DNA of 64,000 nt, taken from positions 2,418,001 to 2,482,000 of the forward strand of contig NW_027271504.1 of assembly GCF_040938485.1 (NCBI RefSeq). Direction: 5' to 3'. The stretch's first letter is position 1. Every line of letters begins with the position of its first letter. The position numbers and the translations under genes were made by a program. The notes below the pieces were generated by a model. It saw only the letters and a program-made list of their open reading frames with translations, was not told the origin of the DNA and searched no databases. Source of the stretch: Diadema antillarum (Eukaryota). Below are positions 14,001 to 25,900 of this stretch, one piece after another.

Positions 14001-15369
14001 AACTCGTATTTCAGAGTCCTCATTGGGACTGGGTTCAATGAGCAACTCATAGTATTCCTTTCCTTTGTGGCTGGCACAGATGGTGTACACTGTTAATTAC
14101 TTAGAAATGGACACATTAAAAAATTGAGTAGCACCATGGAAATGTATTTGTGTAAATTGATGTATTGATGATGTTGTGTTGGCCATGAATGTGTAACTTC
14201 TATTTTGCATCGTAATGGATTTTTTTCTCCCTCCACCAGAAGGGGGTAAAAATGCAAATCCTCTGTGCTGGTATATGTTGAAAAACTCAATACATTCAGA
14301 ATTGAGAACATGTACAGTACAGTAAATGCGATTTGCTTAAGGGTGAAGCTTTATTTTCAGTGTTATTTTATATTTCAGTTGTGACTTGAAAAGTTGAATT
14401 GGAACATATTTTAATAAATGTACATGGTGTTCAATTTTAACCTGTTTTGAGTACATTTGTTCACTGTCTTGATTTGTTTATGTTTTCTTGTATGTAGGAA
14501 AAGAGAGAACCCCAAATTTGCATGACAAGTGCATCTCTTACCTAACAAATATGAATATGTTGCTAAAAATTTTATAAACACCTTGTGTGTTCTGCCAAGA
14601 TGTGATTCCCTTTCTGTGGCACAGATCAGAGTTTTATTCTAATTTTGCTTTTCCAAGAGTAAAACACTTGTTTTGACCTCTTTCTGATTAATGAAATTGC
14701 CCCACATGCATGCACGCATACACATTAGGTCAAACATCAACATTTTTTTTTTTTGGGTAAAATAATCTATATTAAGATTTCAAATAAACAGGCACATGTA
14801 TGATATGCAACTGTTATATTTGACATTGCCATCTTAAAGATGTTCATATTTTCTTTCCGAGTTTTCAAAGGTTTCTTGTTTGCGTGTGTGCGTGTGTATG
14901 TGTGTGCGTGTGTGCTTTAGCCTTGTGTATTATGACCACCTGAAATTCTCTTAACCCTGCTGAAGATAAGTATCAGGAAAATACAACCAAACACCTTGTT
15001 CTTCAAGCATCCTCCTCCAATACTTCACAATGCCTGAAGTTCTAGAAGGCAATAAGGATCAATGATGATTACAATAATGATAATACAGTATTTGCATTCT
15101 TTATCTTGTCATTTTCCTAGAAGTCAAAGCATGTACTCTGTGCGTGTGTGCATATTACTCTCCTTCTGGTCCTTCTTTCATTCATGGTAATACAATGTAT
15201 TTTGCATCGGATGAGAAGCTCCTGAGCGCTGAACATACTTCCGCGGGGGCAGGGGGATGTTTTCGTCTCTTCACTGTCAAAATTGGGATTTCCCAAGAAA
15301 ATTGATAATAATCGGACACATTGCAACACTGCATGTCAGTCGGCAGCTCAAATTACTAGTACTAGTAGG

Positions 15370-15383
15370 CTGCCCTCTTGTGG
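15370..15383 (-). promoter_or_regulatory. CTCF-like motif
   Basis: The reverse complement CCACAAGAGGGCAG has one mismatch to the CCASYAGRKGGCRS core. It lies between the PRODH 3' region and the DNTTIP1 promoter. Confidence 0.35.
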
Positions 15384-15469
15384 TAATGGTGTGATCGACC
15401 ATTGTGTAGCTAGTTAGTTGTAAATTGTGTGCATTTTATTGTGTGCCACTGAGTTCTGTGGTTGTATGC

Positions 15470-15723
15470 AAGAAGTGGACATCCGATGAGAGAGCTCGAA
15501 AACGCTGCTGCATAAACGTACCCGGGATCGGATCGATCGATCCGAGACAGACTTCACTAATCACACCACGACCTACCTGCCTATAGGTCTACGTGACACG
15601 TACAGACGGCCGGCTGAAAATACAATTCTACTTTCAACAGATATCACAAAAGTGTTAGACTCCCTAGAATCAACGCGAACATATTCCTTTTTGGCCACTC
15701 ATCTGTCCGAGCGTGTTAACTTG
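15470..15723 (+). promoter_or_regulatory. Putative DNTTIP1 promoter and non-coding first exon
   Basis: CpG-enriched segment ending in a strong donor (TTG|GTAAGT at 15723/15724). The frame continuous with the ATG at 18310 is closed by TAG at 15665, so the exon is non-coding. The TSS is unknown. Confidence 0.55.
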
Positions 15724-16072
15724 GTAAGTTTATCCCTCCTGTTGGGGTGTTCTTCCGAGAAGACGGATAGTTTTACTACATACAAATGTACTACTACTTA
15801 ACTAACAAGTGCTAGCTATGTATGGAGAAGTTACTCTGTGACATGACAGTGTGGTGTGGCAGGAATGGTTGACACCTTGTGTGGTAGTGTACCGGTATTC
15901 GTTCTCATTGGTTTCTGCACCACAAGCTAGCTTAGAAGTCATTACAACTTCTTACAGCTTACAGCCAACATTGAAAGACAAGGGACTTGTGAGTGTGGGT
16001 AGTACTCTGGCTAACTTGGCTTGGTACTCGTGTTGGTTCCCGCCATAGTGTCAGTGACTAGGTTAGGCCCTA

Positions 16073-16850
16073 GGGTAACATCCCCAGTATTCGGTCACTT
16101 AAGCTTTTTTGCAATATTTTTCAAACTAAAATAATATATACATAGTTCTACATCATATCTACAGCAATGTATGTGTGAAATATATCAAATTTCTTTAATC
16201 TCAACTTTCATTTTGTTAAATATCTCACAGAATTGCACAAAATCCCGAAATATTTCCCCTTGAAAATTCCCCAGTATACGGTCACCGGCACCAGTATTCG
16301 GTCACGCGATGTGCGCGTTCAAAGTCAATGCATGTTCAAGGCAGCTGAAAAATGCGCTCGCGCGCTACCTTGTTGGCGCAAAATTGCATCGGGGACCTTG
16401 CGGCGACCGTTGGTGACCGAATACTGGGGCCTCGGCACTTGCATTCAACCCTTGTACATTGGGACACTGTATCGGCACGTACGGAAATTTTGTTTTTCTT
16501 TTGCGTTTTTGAGGATACCATTACACTCCAAGCTTGCGATAAGCGAAAAATCCCGCGAGAGAACGGCGTATTTCTCAATTTTTAGCGCTTTTTCAGCGAC
16601 CCGTACTCTTAAAACTGGGCCTTATTCGCGCGCTTTTAGAAAGTAGCGCCGACTCTGCACTTTTGAAGGTAAAATTTGGGATTTTAGATGGATTTTTGGA
16701 GGGGGCTAAGGGAGTTTCCTGTTGTGAATGAGTGTGCAAGTATGTGAATTAATGTGATTTGCGTGTGTTGTGACAGTTGAACTTACTGGCTGGTGACTAG
16801 TGATAAGTGACCGAATACCGGTGGCTGACTGAATACTGGTGCCCTTACCC
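16073..16850. mobile_element. TA-flanked non-autonomous DNA transposon (Tc1/mariner-like), 778 bp
   Basis: TA|GGGTAACATCCCCAGTATTCGGTCAC ... TGAATACTGGTGCCCTTACCC|TA. The CCAGTATTCGGTCAC motif recurs internally in both orientations. No transposase ORF. Confidence 0.7.
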
Positions 16851-17339
16851 TAATGATTATGACAAATTTAGACTAGACTAGATCTAACATAGAGATCTAA
16901 CAAAACATGTTAATTTAGACTCTTTAGACTATGCCGTCGATCGTCTATGTTATTGTTAATGACAAATTGGTGGTGCTTCAAATTCATGAAATTCTTCTGT
17001 CGAGTGTTTTCATTGCAACTGATTGACAAATTGCCCTACATCAACGTAAATAAGCACTGCATTGCATTGATCAGTGTTATGGACCGATATGGTGTTACCT
17101 GTTATGGTAGATTGGTGGTGTAACGTTGAATTCATATATGATAACAATAGTAGGAAACATTTAGAGTAAAACCACCAGCCACCACAACTGACCAGTTTTC
17201 GGAGACGCGCAAGCTTTTCTGCCATATTTGTTCAACTGAAATAAAACATACAAAATCATATCCATAACAATGAAAGGTTATCTATGTTTATATCATAGTC
17301 ATATTTATCTATCAGACTAGAGTATTTTAATATCATCAA

Positions 17340-17444
17340 CCGTAGTTATGGGTAAACTCAGCCTAGCGGGTAAACTCGGCCCGCAGCGCGGGCATTACAA
17401 GTGGCCGAGTTTACCAGCTAGGCAGAGTTTACCCATAACTATGG
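17340..17444. mobile_element. Hairpin MITE/palindrome
   Basis: Arms of ~43 bp, CCGTAGTTATGGGTAAACTCAGCCTAGCGGGTAAACTCGGCC and its near-perfect reverse complement, around a short loop. Confidence 0.7.
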
Positions 17445-18309
17445 TATCTATTTATCTGTCTATCATTATCAGAGAGGTAGTTTAATATATTACATTCTAT
17501 TTCATTCTCTGCTAAATGGATGCACTGCGCACTGTGCTGAGACATCGCAAGACTGACATACTTTTCAACTTAAAACTCTTTTTGACTTGCAAATTTCATG
17601 AAAACTCTCTGATATGGTTGTTTTTAGCATCTGCAACGGTTGCACAAAATTCAATTGACAAACAGTGAAGCATGGTGTGCATTTCTACATGATTACCGGC
17701 ATGTGTTACTATGTGATTTTAAACCACAAACAAAACAAATCAAATAGAGTTACTATTTAAACAGTAGCAATAGCACTACGAGTTAGTCCAGTTGTCTCAG
17801 GAAACCATCATACAGTATGTCCTGTGTTAATTTGAAGGTGAATTATGACTCTCTGTATTTAAAGTGTATTAATGTTTATCCATGCTGCTCAAATAGGTCT
17901 ATGCGATATAGAATCTACACCTAATTAAAATGAGTAGACAACTGACTCTGCAACATGTCATCAATCTTTATAATCTCTTGAACTCGAGGATTTCTGTAGA
18001 ATGCTTTCTTGTGTAACTTTGTTCAGTGCAGAAGCCAACTTGTATCTCTGTGGCATGTTAAGAACATTGCAGAAGATGCCTAGACAGACATACAGCAGCA
18101 TTAATATCAATGGTTGTGTTCATTTAAGGTGTTTAATGATTACCCCAACAATGTTTACCAAAAGTCCACGATATCGAAGTTGGATTAGAGTTACCGGTAG
18201 TTGGATTTTTTTTTTCCATTCTTGCCTAAATTTGTTTTTAGTGTTTTATGTTTTTTATTTTGCCTCAGCCTCTTCGTAAAGCAGTACCAGAGTGCGGCGA
18301 CATTTCACG

Positions 18310-21300
18310 ATGAGTTTCGTAGAAAGCCTCCCTCCTCATTGGACCAATGACAGCCTGTCTAAGAAGAAGGCACTCCTTCGCCACAAAATCGTAAGTTTTC
18401 CTCTTGGGCACAGAGAGATATGAGAACATAGTTTAGCAAGTACCCTGTGGGCTAGTTGTGTCTCATGCTGACAGAGAAATCTTCCACAAATCTGATAGCA
18501 GAGGACTCCCGTCATAACAAAGCCCTTGGGACCTGCAGTTTTCTTTCAATGAAAATACATAGACTGAATAATGTTGTGGTCTGAATTTTTACTTCGTCGT
18601 AACTGGAATTTTGTCATAACTGTGTTCATTATAATGGGAGTGCACTGTATGATATCTACATTAGTTTGGATACCTTTGATGCTCCACATCTTCACATTGA
18701 AGAGGTAATTAGTGTTCATGTATTTTTTTTATTTCATGATGTTGTGCATTGGCTGATTCATTTGTTTTTTGCCCTCCACCACAGTATGTATGTTATAGCC
18801 CTGCCTAGAATAAGACATTATTTTTGTTTCAAAAGAATAAAAGTATTTGGCAAAGTCCATGGATAGTGCAGAGTTAAACAGGATGATAGACTGTAATGGA
18901 TGTGTTGAACTACACATGCAGTGTTCAGTTTGTTGTGAGATCATCAAAAGACTGCAAAGAATTCTCTTTCCCATTATCCTTTCATGTTTACCTTTGGCAG
19001 AAGAACCCATTTTGCATGTCTCTGAAGACGTTTCCAACCAGCAAGCATCAGAGACTGACCAGACAACCTGGTGTCAACTTCAAAACAAGGTCAGAGGTCA
19101 AATACTCACTGTTATCATAATGCTTATGATGTCATTTAGAAGTGGACCCTGTGTTGCTTGATATGTTCATGAGTCACAACCTAAAAAAAAAAAGAATTTT
19201 ATTCTCTGAATATCTCTTTCAATGATTATCATTATTCTTTTGTTGTAATGGATACATTGAAGCATAATTTTCATGGATCATTAAAATAGCTCGGCCTCCA
19301 TCCGTACAGGTATGTTCATGATCACCTAAAGGACATTATTTTAGAACATTTTGCTTTCTAGAGTATGGTACACTGTATCCACATCCACTGTATACATCCA
19401 CTGTATGATAGATCAGTATCAATGATCAGTATTTTCTATACCGGTATAAGAGCAGGGTGTTCCAAACCTATTATAGCAGAGGCAGAAAGACTATTTTCTT
19501 CCATTATTTGTGATTGGTAGTAAAAGTAAGTGAATAAATGATACATCTTGATGATATGCATATATATTTATATAGTACATACACCTGAAGCCTTTAATTA
19601 TGTATTTTCTCAGTGTATCTGTGTAATTGTATGAAATATTAGTAATTGATCTTTTTTGTTTTGTTGACTTTCATCAGGAGTGGAGTGGTATTTGAACCCA
19701 TTCTGCCCCTGGAGATTCTGCGAGAAACACTGCAGAAGAGAATCAACAAGGACATCCACTGTATATTCCAGTATTATGCCCAGGTGAGAGAAATAACATC
19801 TTAGCATTGATTCACTACAAAACAGGTTGATGTCATTTCTGCAGAGGTCTAAGCAAGTTCTGCTCAAGTTTGAATTTTTGTATTAGGGGTGCTTGACACC
19901 CATATGCTGATTGCTAGGAGCGACCAAAATTCACACTTGTTTAACTTCTCTGTCCAGTAAGCCTATACTCAGTTCTTGCTCTGTGCAGTGTAGAAAGTAG
20001 ATGTGCTAAAAGACCAGTTAAACTTAGAGTATATTGCTTGTTTGACAATTACTCTTCTTTCCAAATCTGCATAGTAGGTAATCTGTTCTAATAATGTGGT
20101 CTTTATTGCATCATCCGTTTATATTCATACCAGAGCAGTGGCATGCCTTTAATGTCATTTGAACATGTGTAGACTGTTATAACTGTCTACTTCTCATGAA
20201 ATTAATGCATCACAAACTCATAGGGTAAGAAAAATGATGAGTTACATAAAGTTATCTTCATTAGGGACCAATGTTGGAATGTTAGAATGACACATGAGAA
20301 CAAGATTCTGTAGCTCTTGTTCATTTTAATCAGGTATCTCCCCTCCTTATTGAGAAATGTAAGCATTTGTTATGTTTGTCATTATTCCTGTCATACTATT
20401 TGTGTATTGCAGTTCTTTTACATGGCTGTTGAGAATATGAGAGAGAACTATGGAACCGACAGTGTGACCGAGGAACATGTGTTGACTGTATTCAGGAACA
20501 GCCTGGAAGCGGTAAGTTTAATAGCGAGCGTGTGTTCTTTGATGGGCTTATGACTTTTTATACTGGTGCTAATGGAGAGTGTGTAGCATGAACTCTACAA
20601 AAGGTGATCATGCTCATACAGAATCATAGCTGACCTGTTTTTGGTTGCACCAGGCAACCTTTACCTTGCATGTTTGTCATAGATAGATCTTCTGTCTTAT
20701 TTTCTCCTTCTCTCTTTCTTTCTTCCTCCTATCTTCTCTCTCTCAGTCTGTCTCTGGCTCATGAATGTGTTTGACATTATAACTGTCTCATTGTTTGATG
20801 TTGTGTCCCTCTGTCTCCTCTACTTGCCTCTTTTCCCCCTCCCCCACCTTTGTCCTATTCATGTGAGTTGTCATGGCGACCATTATCTAAGATTAAGTAA
20901 TGTTCATCTCACTACCAGGCTAAGGACCTCTTCAAGCCCACCAAGCATGTGTCGGGGAAGGACGCCAGGGAGCATCACCATGCCAACGACGTCAAGATGC
21001 ACCTTGACCGCATGAGGACAACGGACGCCGCTCTCAGGCGCAATGACGAGGACGACTGCGACGAGCCCGACAGGAAGGTGAGCCCCCCCCCCCCCCCTCC
21101 CTGAAACTCGCCCTCGCCTGTGACACAATGAATAGAGATCCTCCTGTGGAGACTAAGCACAGTTGACAAGTCTCATTGATTCTTCAGCACGCTCTTACGT
21201 CTTGACAAAAGACTATGTGCGTGTTTATGCAGAAGTCAAAATATCCGCTCATGCAGGCCGATGCGAGCCGATGCGAGCGGACCTCAGCTGAACCGGACCT

Positions 21301-22837
21301 CTCGAATTTGGGGTCAAGCATAGGTCACGTTTGCAGTGCAGTTTATTGCATGATGGGAAAAAATGAAGAAAAAAAATCAAGATGGCACCGGCAAAGTCAT
21401 CAGGACCACCAAGCTTGAAGGTCATTCTTGTAACGTTCCTCTTGACAACCACCCGGCCAAATGATCAATTGAAATCCAGTTTTTCAGTAAGAAGGAGAAG
21501 ACGTGGTTCGATCATGACAGATATTAAAATACGCGCTTTCCGGTTACCTCTCAAATTTCGGTCGTCTGTATAAACACACAGCAAAATACGCGAGGCTCCT
21601 CTCGCATCGGCCACCTCAAAAGGTGGCGGACGGAACCTCTCGCATGAGCCTGCATTTGGCGCCGTATGCCGGCATACGCCGTGTTTATACAGAGCAAAAT
21701 TCGAGAGGTCCTCTCGCATGAGCCGGCATGAGCGCATATTTTGCTTCTCTGTATAAACACGCTCAATGAAAGCCTCCGTCCTTGATTTTCGGCAACATCT
21801 GTGCCTATGAAGATGTGTGTTATACACAACTTTCTCCCTGTGTAGTCTTTGGGACCTCCTTGACTTCTGGGGGGCATTTCATGAAGCATTTTGTCCGACA
21901 ACTTGTTGGACAAAATTTGCTTTCAGCCAATCAGAAGCAAGGATTTCAGTAGCTTTTAACAGTTTGACAGACGAAATTTCTGACAAATTGCTTCATGAAA
22001 TACCCCCCTGATGTGTGAATATTGGCAGCCCAGGGACATGTCAATTTTTTTTTTTCCATTCATTGAGGAATGTTATTATGAATCAAGGAACAAATAATTG
22101 TGGTGCTTACAAAAGAGCAAACTATGGCTTCCTTAGACCCTTTTGAACCAACTATTATTACACTGTAGTTTACAAGGTTGAAGTGCATTTATAGAGATCA
22201 GATTCATAAATTCAACAAGATAGAAGGTATAAACTGTGGGAGAATGTAGCAACTACTTCTTTTATTCTTTTGAAGTGAGAATGCCACAAGAGGCCATCAA
22301 AATCCATTGCTTGTATTGCAGTTGCCCATGTTGCATTAAAACAAAGTTTTTATTGAGAGATTATGATTCAGAAATTGTATGGTAATGAAAAGAATATGTC
22401 TTCCACAGAGGTCAAAGTACAACAGTGATGAATCCACAACGTTTTCCCTGAGGCCGACTCCCACGATTCAGACACGGAAGGTAAGATAACAGAATAGTAA
22501 TGCAGTATAAAATTCCATTCTGTTAGTACCTTCTTGAAATGTGCTTGTAATATTTATATTATTCCTCAGGGCCCTGTTGCATAAAAGATGAGATCAGACA
22601 TTAGTCAGAAAATCACACATGAGTCTGTGAATACTTCATTCTCATTTGCCAATAGCTGACTTATGTTTGATTTTCTAAATTTTTATGCAACAGGGCCGTT
22701 TGTGTTGCTCCAGTATTTGACTTGCTCACGTACTTGACTTTTGGTGCAATGAAATGCTATGCATCCCTATTCCTGATGCTGTTATGATTCATCATATGAA
22801 TCATTTTTCTGATGTTGTGAGTACCACATCCTCTGTA

Positions 22838-22915
<78 letters not shown>

Positions 22916-25900
22916 CAGGGATGTTTCGCCACATTGATATGATCTGCTAATAGGATGGTGAGTGATGTGTATATGGAAATGGGAGAGTGACAAATAAAAA
23001 GAGCTATAGATACTCAGAGTGCTGGCAACCTTGATACATTGTTACACCATCACTCAAGTATTGCAACCAAGTTTCATCAGGAAAACAAAGTGTTAGGCAG
23101 TAATGTGGACTGATGAGGTGTAGGAAAACTGTACTATTTTCTCAGAATAGACACTGTGCGGTGGCTCTCACTGATAATAATCCCTCTCCAACCCACCCAC
23201 AGAGAAAGGGCCGGCCACCAGCCCACCACCGCGACTACACCGACGTCATCACAACGTCGTCAGGCAACTACAAGCCCAACAAGGTGAAAGTGGAACCAGT
23301 GAAGAGAGAGGGCCCAAAGTGGGACCCTGGTCGACTCCAGTCAGACACCAAATTCGTCATGGGGGCCAAGGCAAACAAGTAAGCTTCTTTGTAGTACAGA
23401 CTTTGTATTCTTTCCCCTCAACATATGAAGAGTTTAAATGCAAAAGGTAATATCTATCCTTTTTTTCTCAATTTGAGATATTTGAGATTTAATTAGCTAG
23501 AAAGTGAGGAAAATAATTCAAATATGTGATAAATTTGATAATATCTTCTAGAATGTTTTTTTGAATATGTAACAAGTGCAGTGTCATGGAAAAGATTTTA
23601 TTTTTCTCTATTTGATTATGACAGTACTTAAAAAAGAAAAGAATAATGAAAATGGGGTTTATTTTTGAAGTCAAACTCTTTATATGTACAAGTGTACCTT
23701 GAATGTTTTTCCCACAATTTTTTTTCTTACTTTGTGAAGTAGTCACTGAAAATATGCTCTCCTCTGAAACTGACACATGGATCTCTTCATTGGGGCACTT
23801 TTTGAGAGACCTTACAATATATACAATATATAAATATAAAAATATAATTCGTTGCTGGGATGACAAGACCTTGTATCTGAAATTTTGGTGAAATTAATAT
23901 TTTTGGATTAAATTTAAGATAATCAGTTAAGTGACGTCCTGTCCAAATCCTAGCTGTCTTACCCCAAAAATGAAACTACCATGGCATGTCAAAGGAAAGA
24001 CTATCCCATTTGATATAGTGTAAAACAAGGAATGTTCATGTGCATTTTAATTTCGCGAATTTTGCGAGAGACGAGATTCGCGAAATTAAAATGCACGCGA
24101 AAGTTCTTGTCTATACTATATGCATTGAATATTGGAGGCAGTTCGCGAAAATTTCATGCCGCAGAAAAGGTCGTAGGCTCCAATTCACGAAAATTTCATG
24201 CCGCGAAAACATCGTGTTTTACAGTTTTATATTTGACATTTTGTAGATACGAGGTCTTGTCGCTGGGATAAACCTTACAATATATACAATATATATATAC
24301 AATGAATATACTATTTATATATTTATGTATATATATTTTTTCAGTAGGTGTGTTTGATGAATGCATGGAGAAGGAATTAACATTGTTGCTTGATAGACCA
24401 ATCTGTGGTTGAAATATAGATTGAATATAGAGATCAGTTTAACCATTTTAGGGATGTTAGTTCACAGTAAATTTAGCTATTAATAGGAAAAAGAGATAAA
24501 ACATGGAATTGCTAATTAACTTTATTTTTTTTTGGGGGGGGGAATGTAAGGTGAGATTGAGTATTGATTAATTTGAAATTTATGTAGTTTTGCATTAAAG
24601 ATTTCTCCAGGTATTACGTGAATATGAGAGTATAGATATTGGGACTTGAGAGTCTGGCTTGTGATCTAATTGCATTGATTTACTATAAGCTTGCGTCTTT
24701 GTATGATTAGAGCTCTTGGTCTTGGTGCAACACGAGGCAGACTGTACATCAAACATCCAGAACTCTTCAAGGTAAGAAGCAGTGGCAGACAGTGAGGTGA
24801 TACATTTTTTTTTTTTTTAAACATGGTTGTAGTTCTCGCAATTTCTTCAGTACTTCTAAATGTCTATTGGGTTTCTTTTTCATGCCTCCATCCGGAAGGC
24901 AATATAAATTATAATATGATAATGGTGGGATGGATGGAAATTAAGGAACAGTTGCTAAAAAAATGACTGGTCAAAGGTCAAGGTCGAAGAACACGAGAAA
25001 TCTAGCAGAAAATGTCATTTCCACCCTAAACTCCAACAGGGAGTCAAGTTATATGTTTTATCATAATGGATAGAAATAATGTGGGAAATGTTTGCTTTGT
25101 GTGGAGAGAGTTAACAGTCAATCCTCAAAGTCAGTGGTTGAAGCCGATGAACTTAGTCACACTGTCAATGAAGGGCCATGTACATGTGGCAAAAAAAAAA
25201 AAAATAGTGATTGCAGGGGAAAGCAGAGGGCATACTAGTCAGTTGCACTGCTGTAGTCTGGCTGGTCTATAGTCTTTTGATGGGGATTTTGGAGATTTGA
25301 TTGATTAGATTGATTGGATTTGCCCTCCACCAAGCATAAGCCACTGTTGGCCCATTAAATGTTGTATCCATGCAAGATGTATTTCAGGTGCAGAACATGG
25401 ACCTATGCTATAAAGCCAAAAGCATTGCCAGCCATATGCTCAGCAGTGACTCGCATAGAATTTTCAGATGCATATAAATTGCACAGTTATACTAGTTGTG
25501 GAAGAAATGTGGTATACAGTATGTGCCGAAAGTATCTCTCTCTGTCTCTCTCACACATAGTATGCCGGAGACCAAGATGACAAGCAGTGGCTGTACGACA
25601 GACACCTCATGCCTGCCACTGGGGGCAAAGCTTACATACTGCTGCTTGATGATGTCTTAGACCTCGCCGAAACCGATGAGTACAGGTCAGAAGATTGTAG
25701 ATATGATTGCAGAGAATCTTTCTTTACGGTACATCTCGTGCCAGATAGGCCTGTATATGACTTTTTGCCCGTATATCAGAATCACATTACAGTGTAGACC
25801 CGTTAAAACGAACACAGTTATAACGAAATTTGGGTTACAATGAAATAAAAATCTAGGTCACAAAATCATTGGCTCTATGTTTTTTATTATCTATTTGTTC

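Noticed and set aside
12938-15329. Possible minus-strand gene divergent from the DNTTIP1 promoter (ORFs 15117-15329, 13827-14090, 12938-13192)
   Set aside because: No consistent chain of strong splice sites or recognisable protein. Composition fits plus-strand UTR or intergenic DNA.
19290-19309. 20-nt microexon candidate (TAG|CTCGG...ACAG|GTATGT) in DNTTIP1 intron 2
   Set aside because: There is no polypyrimidine tract, it would frameshift, and the flanking exons join in frame without it.
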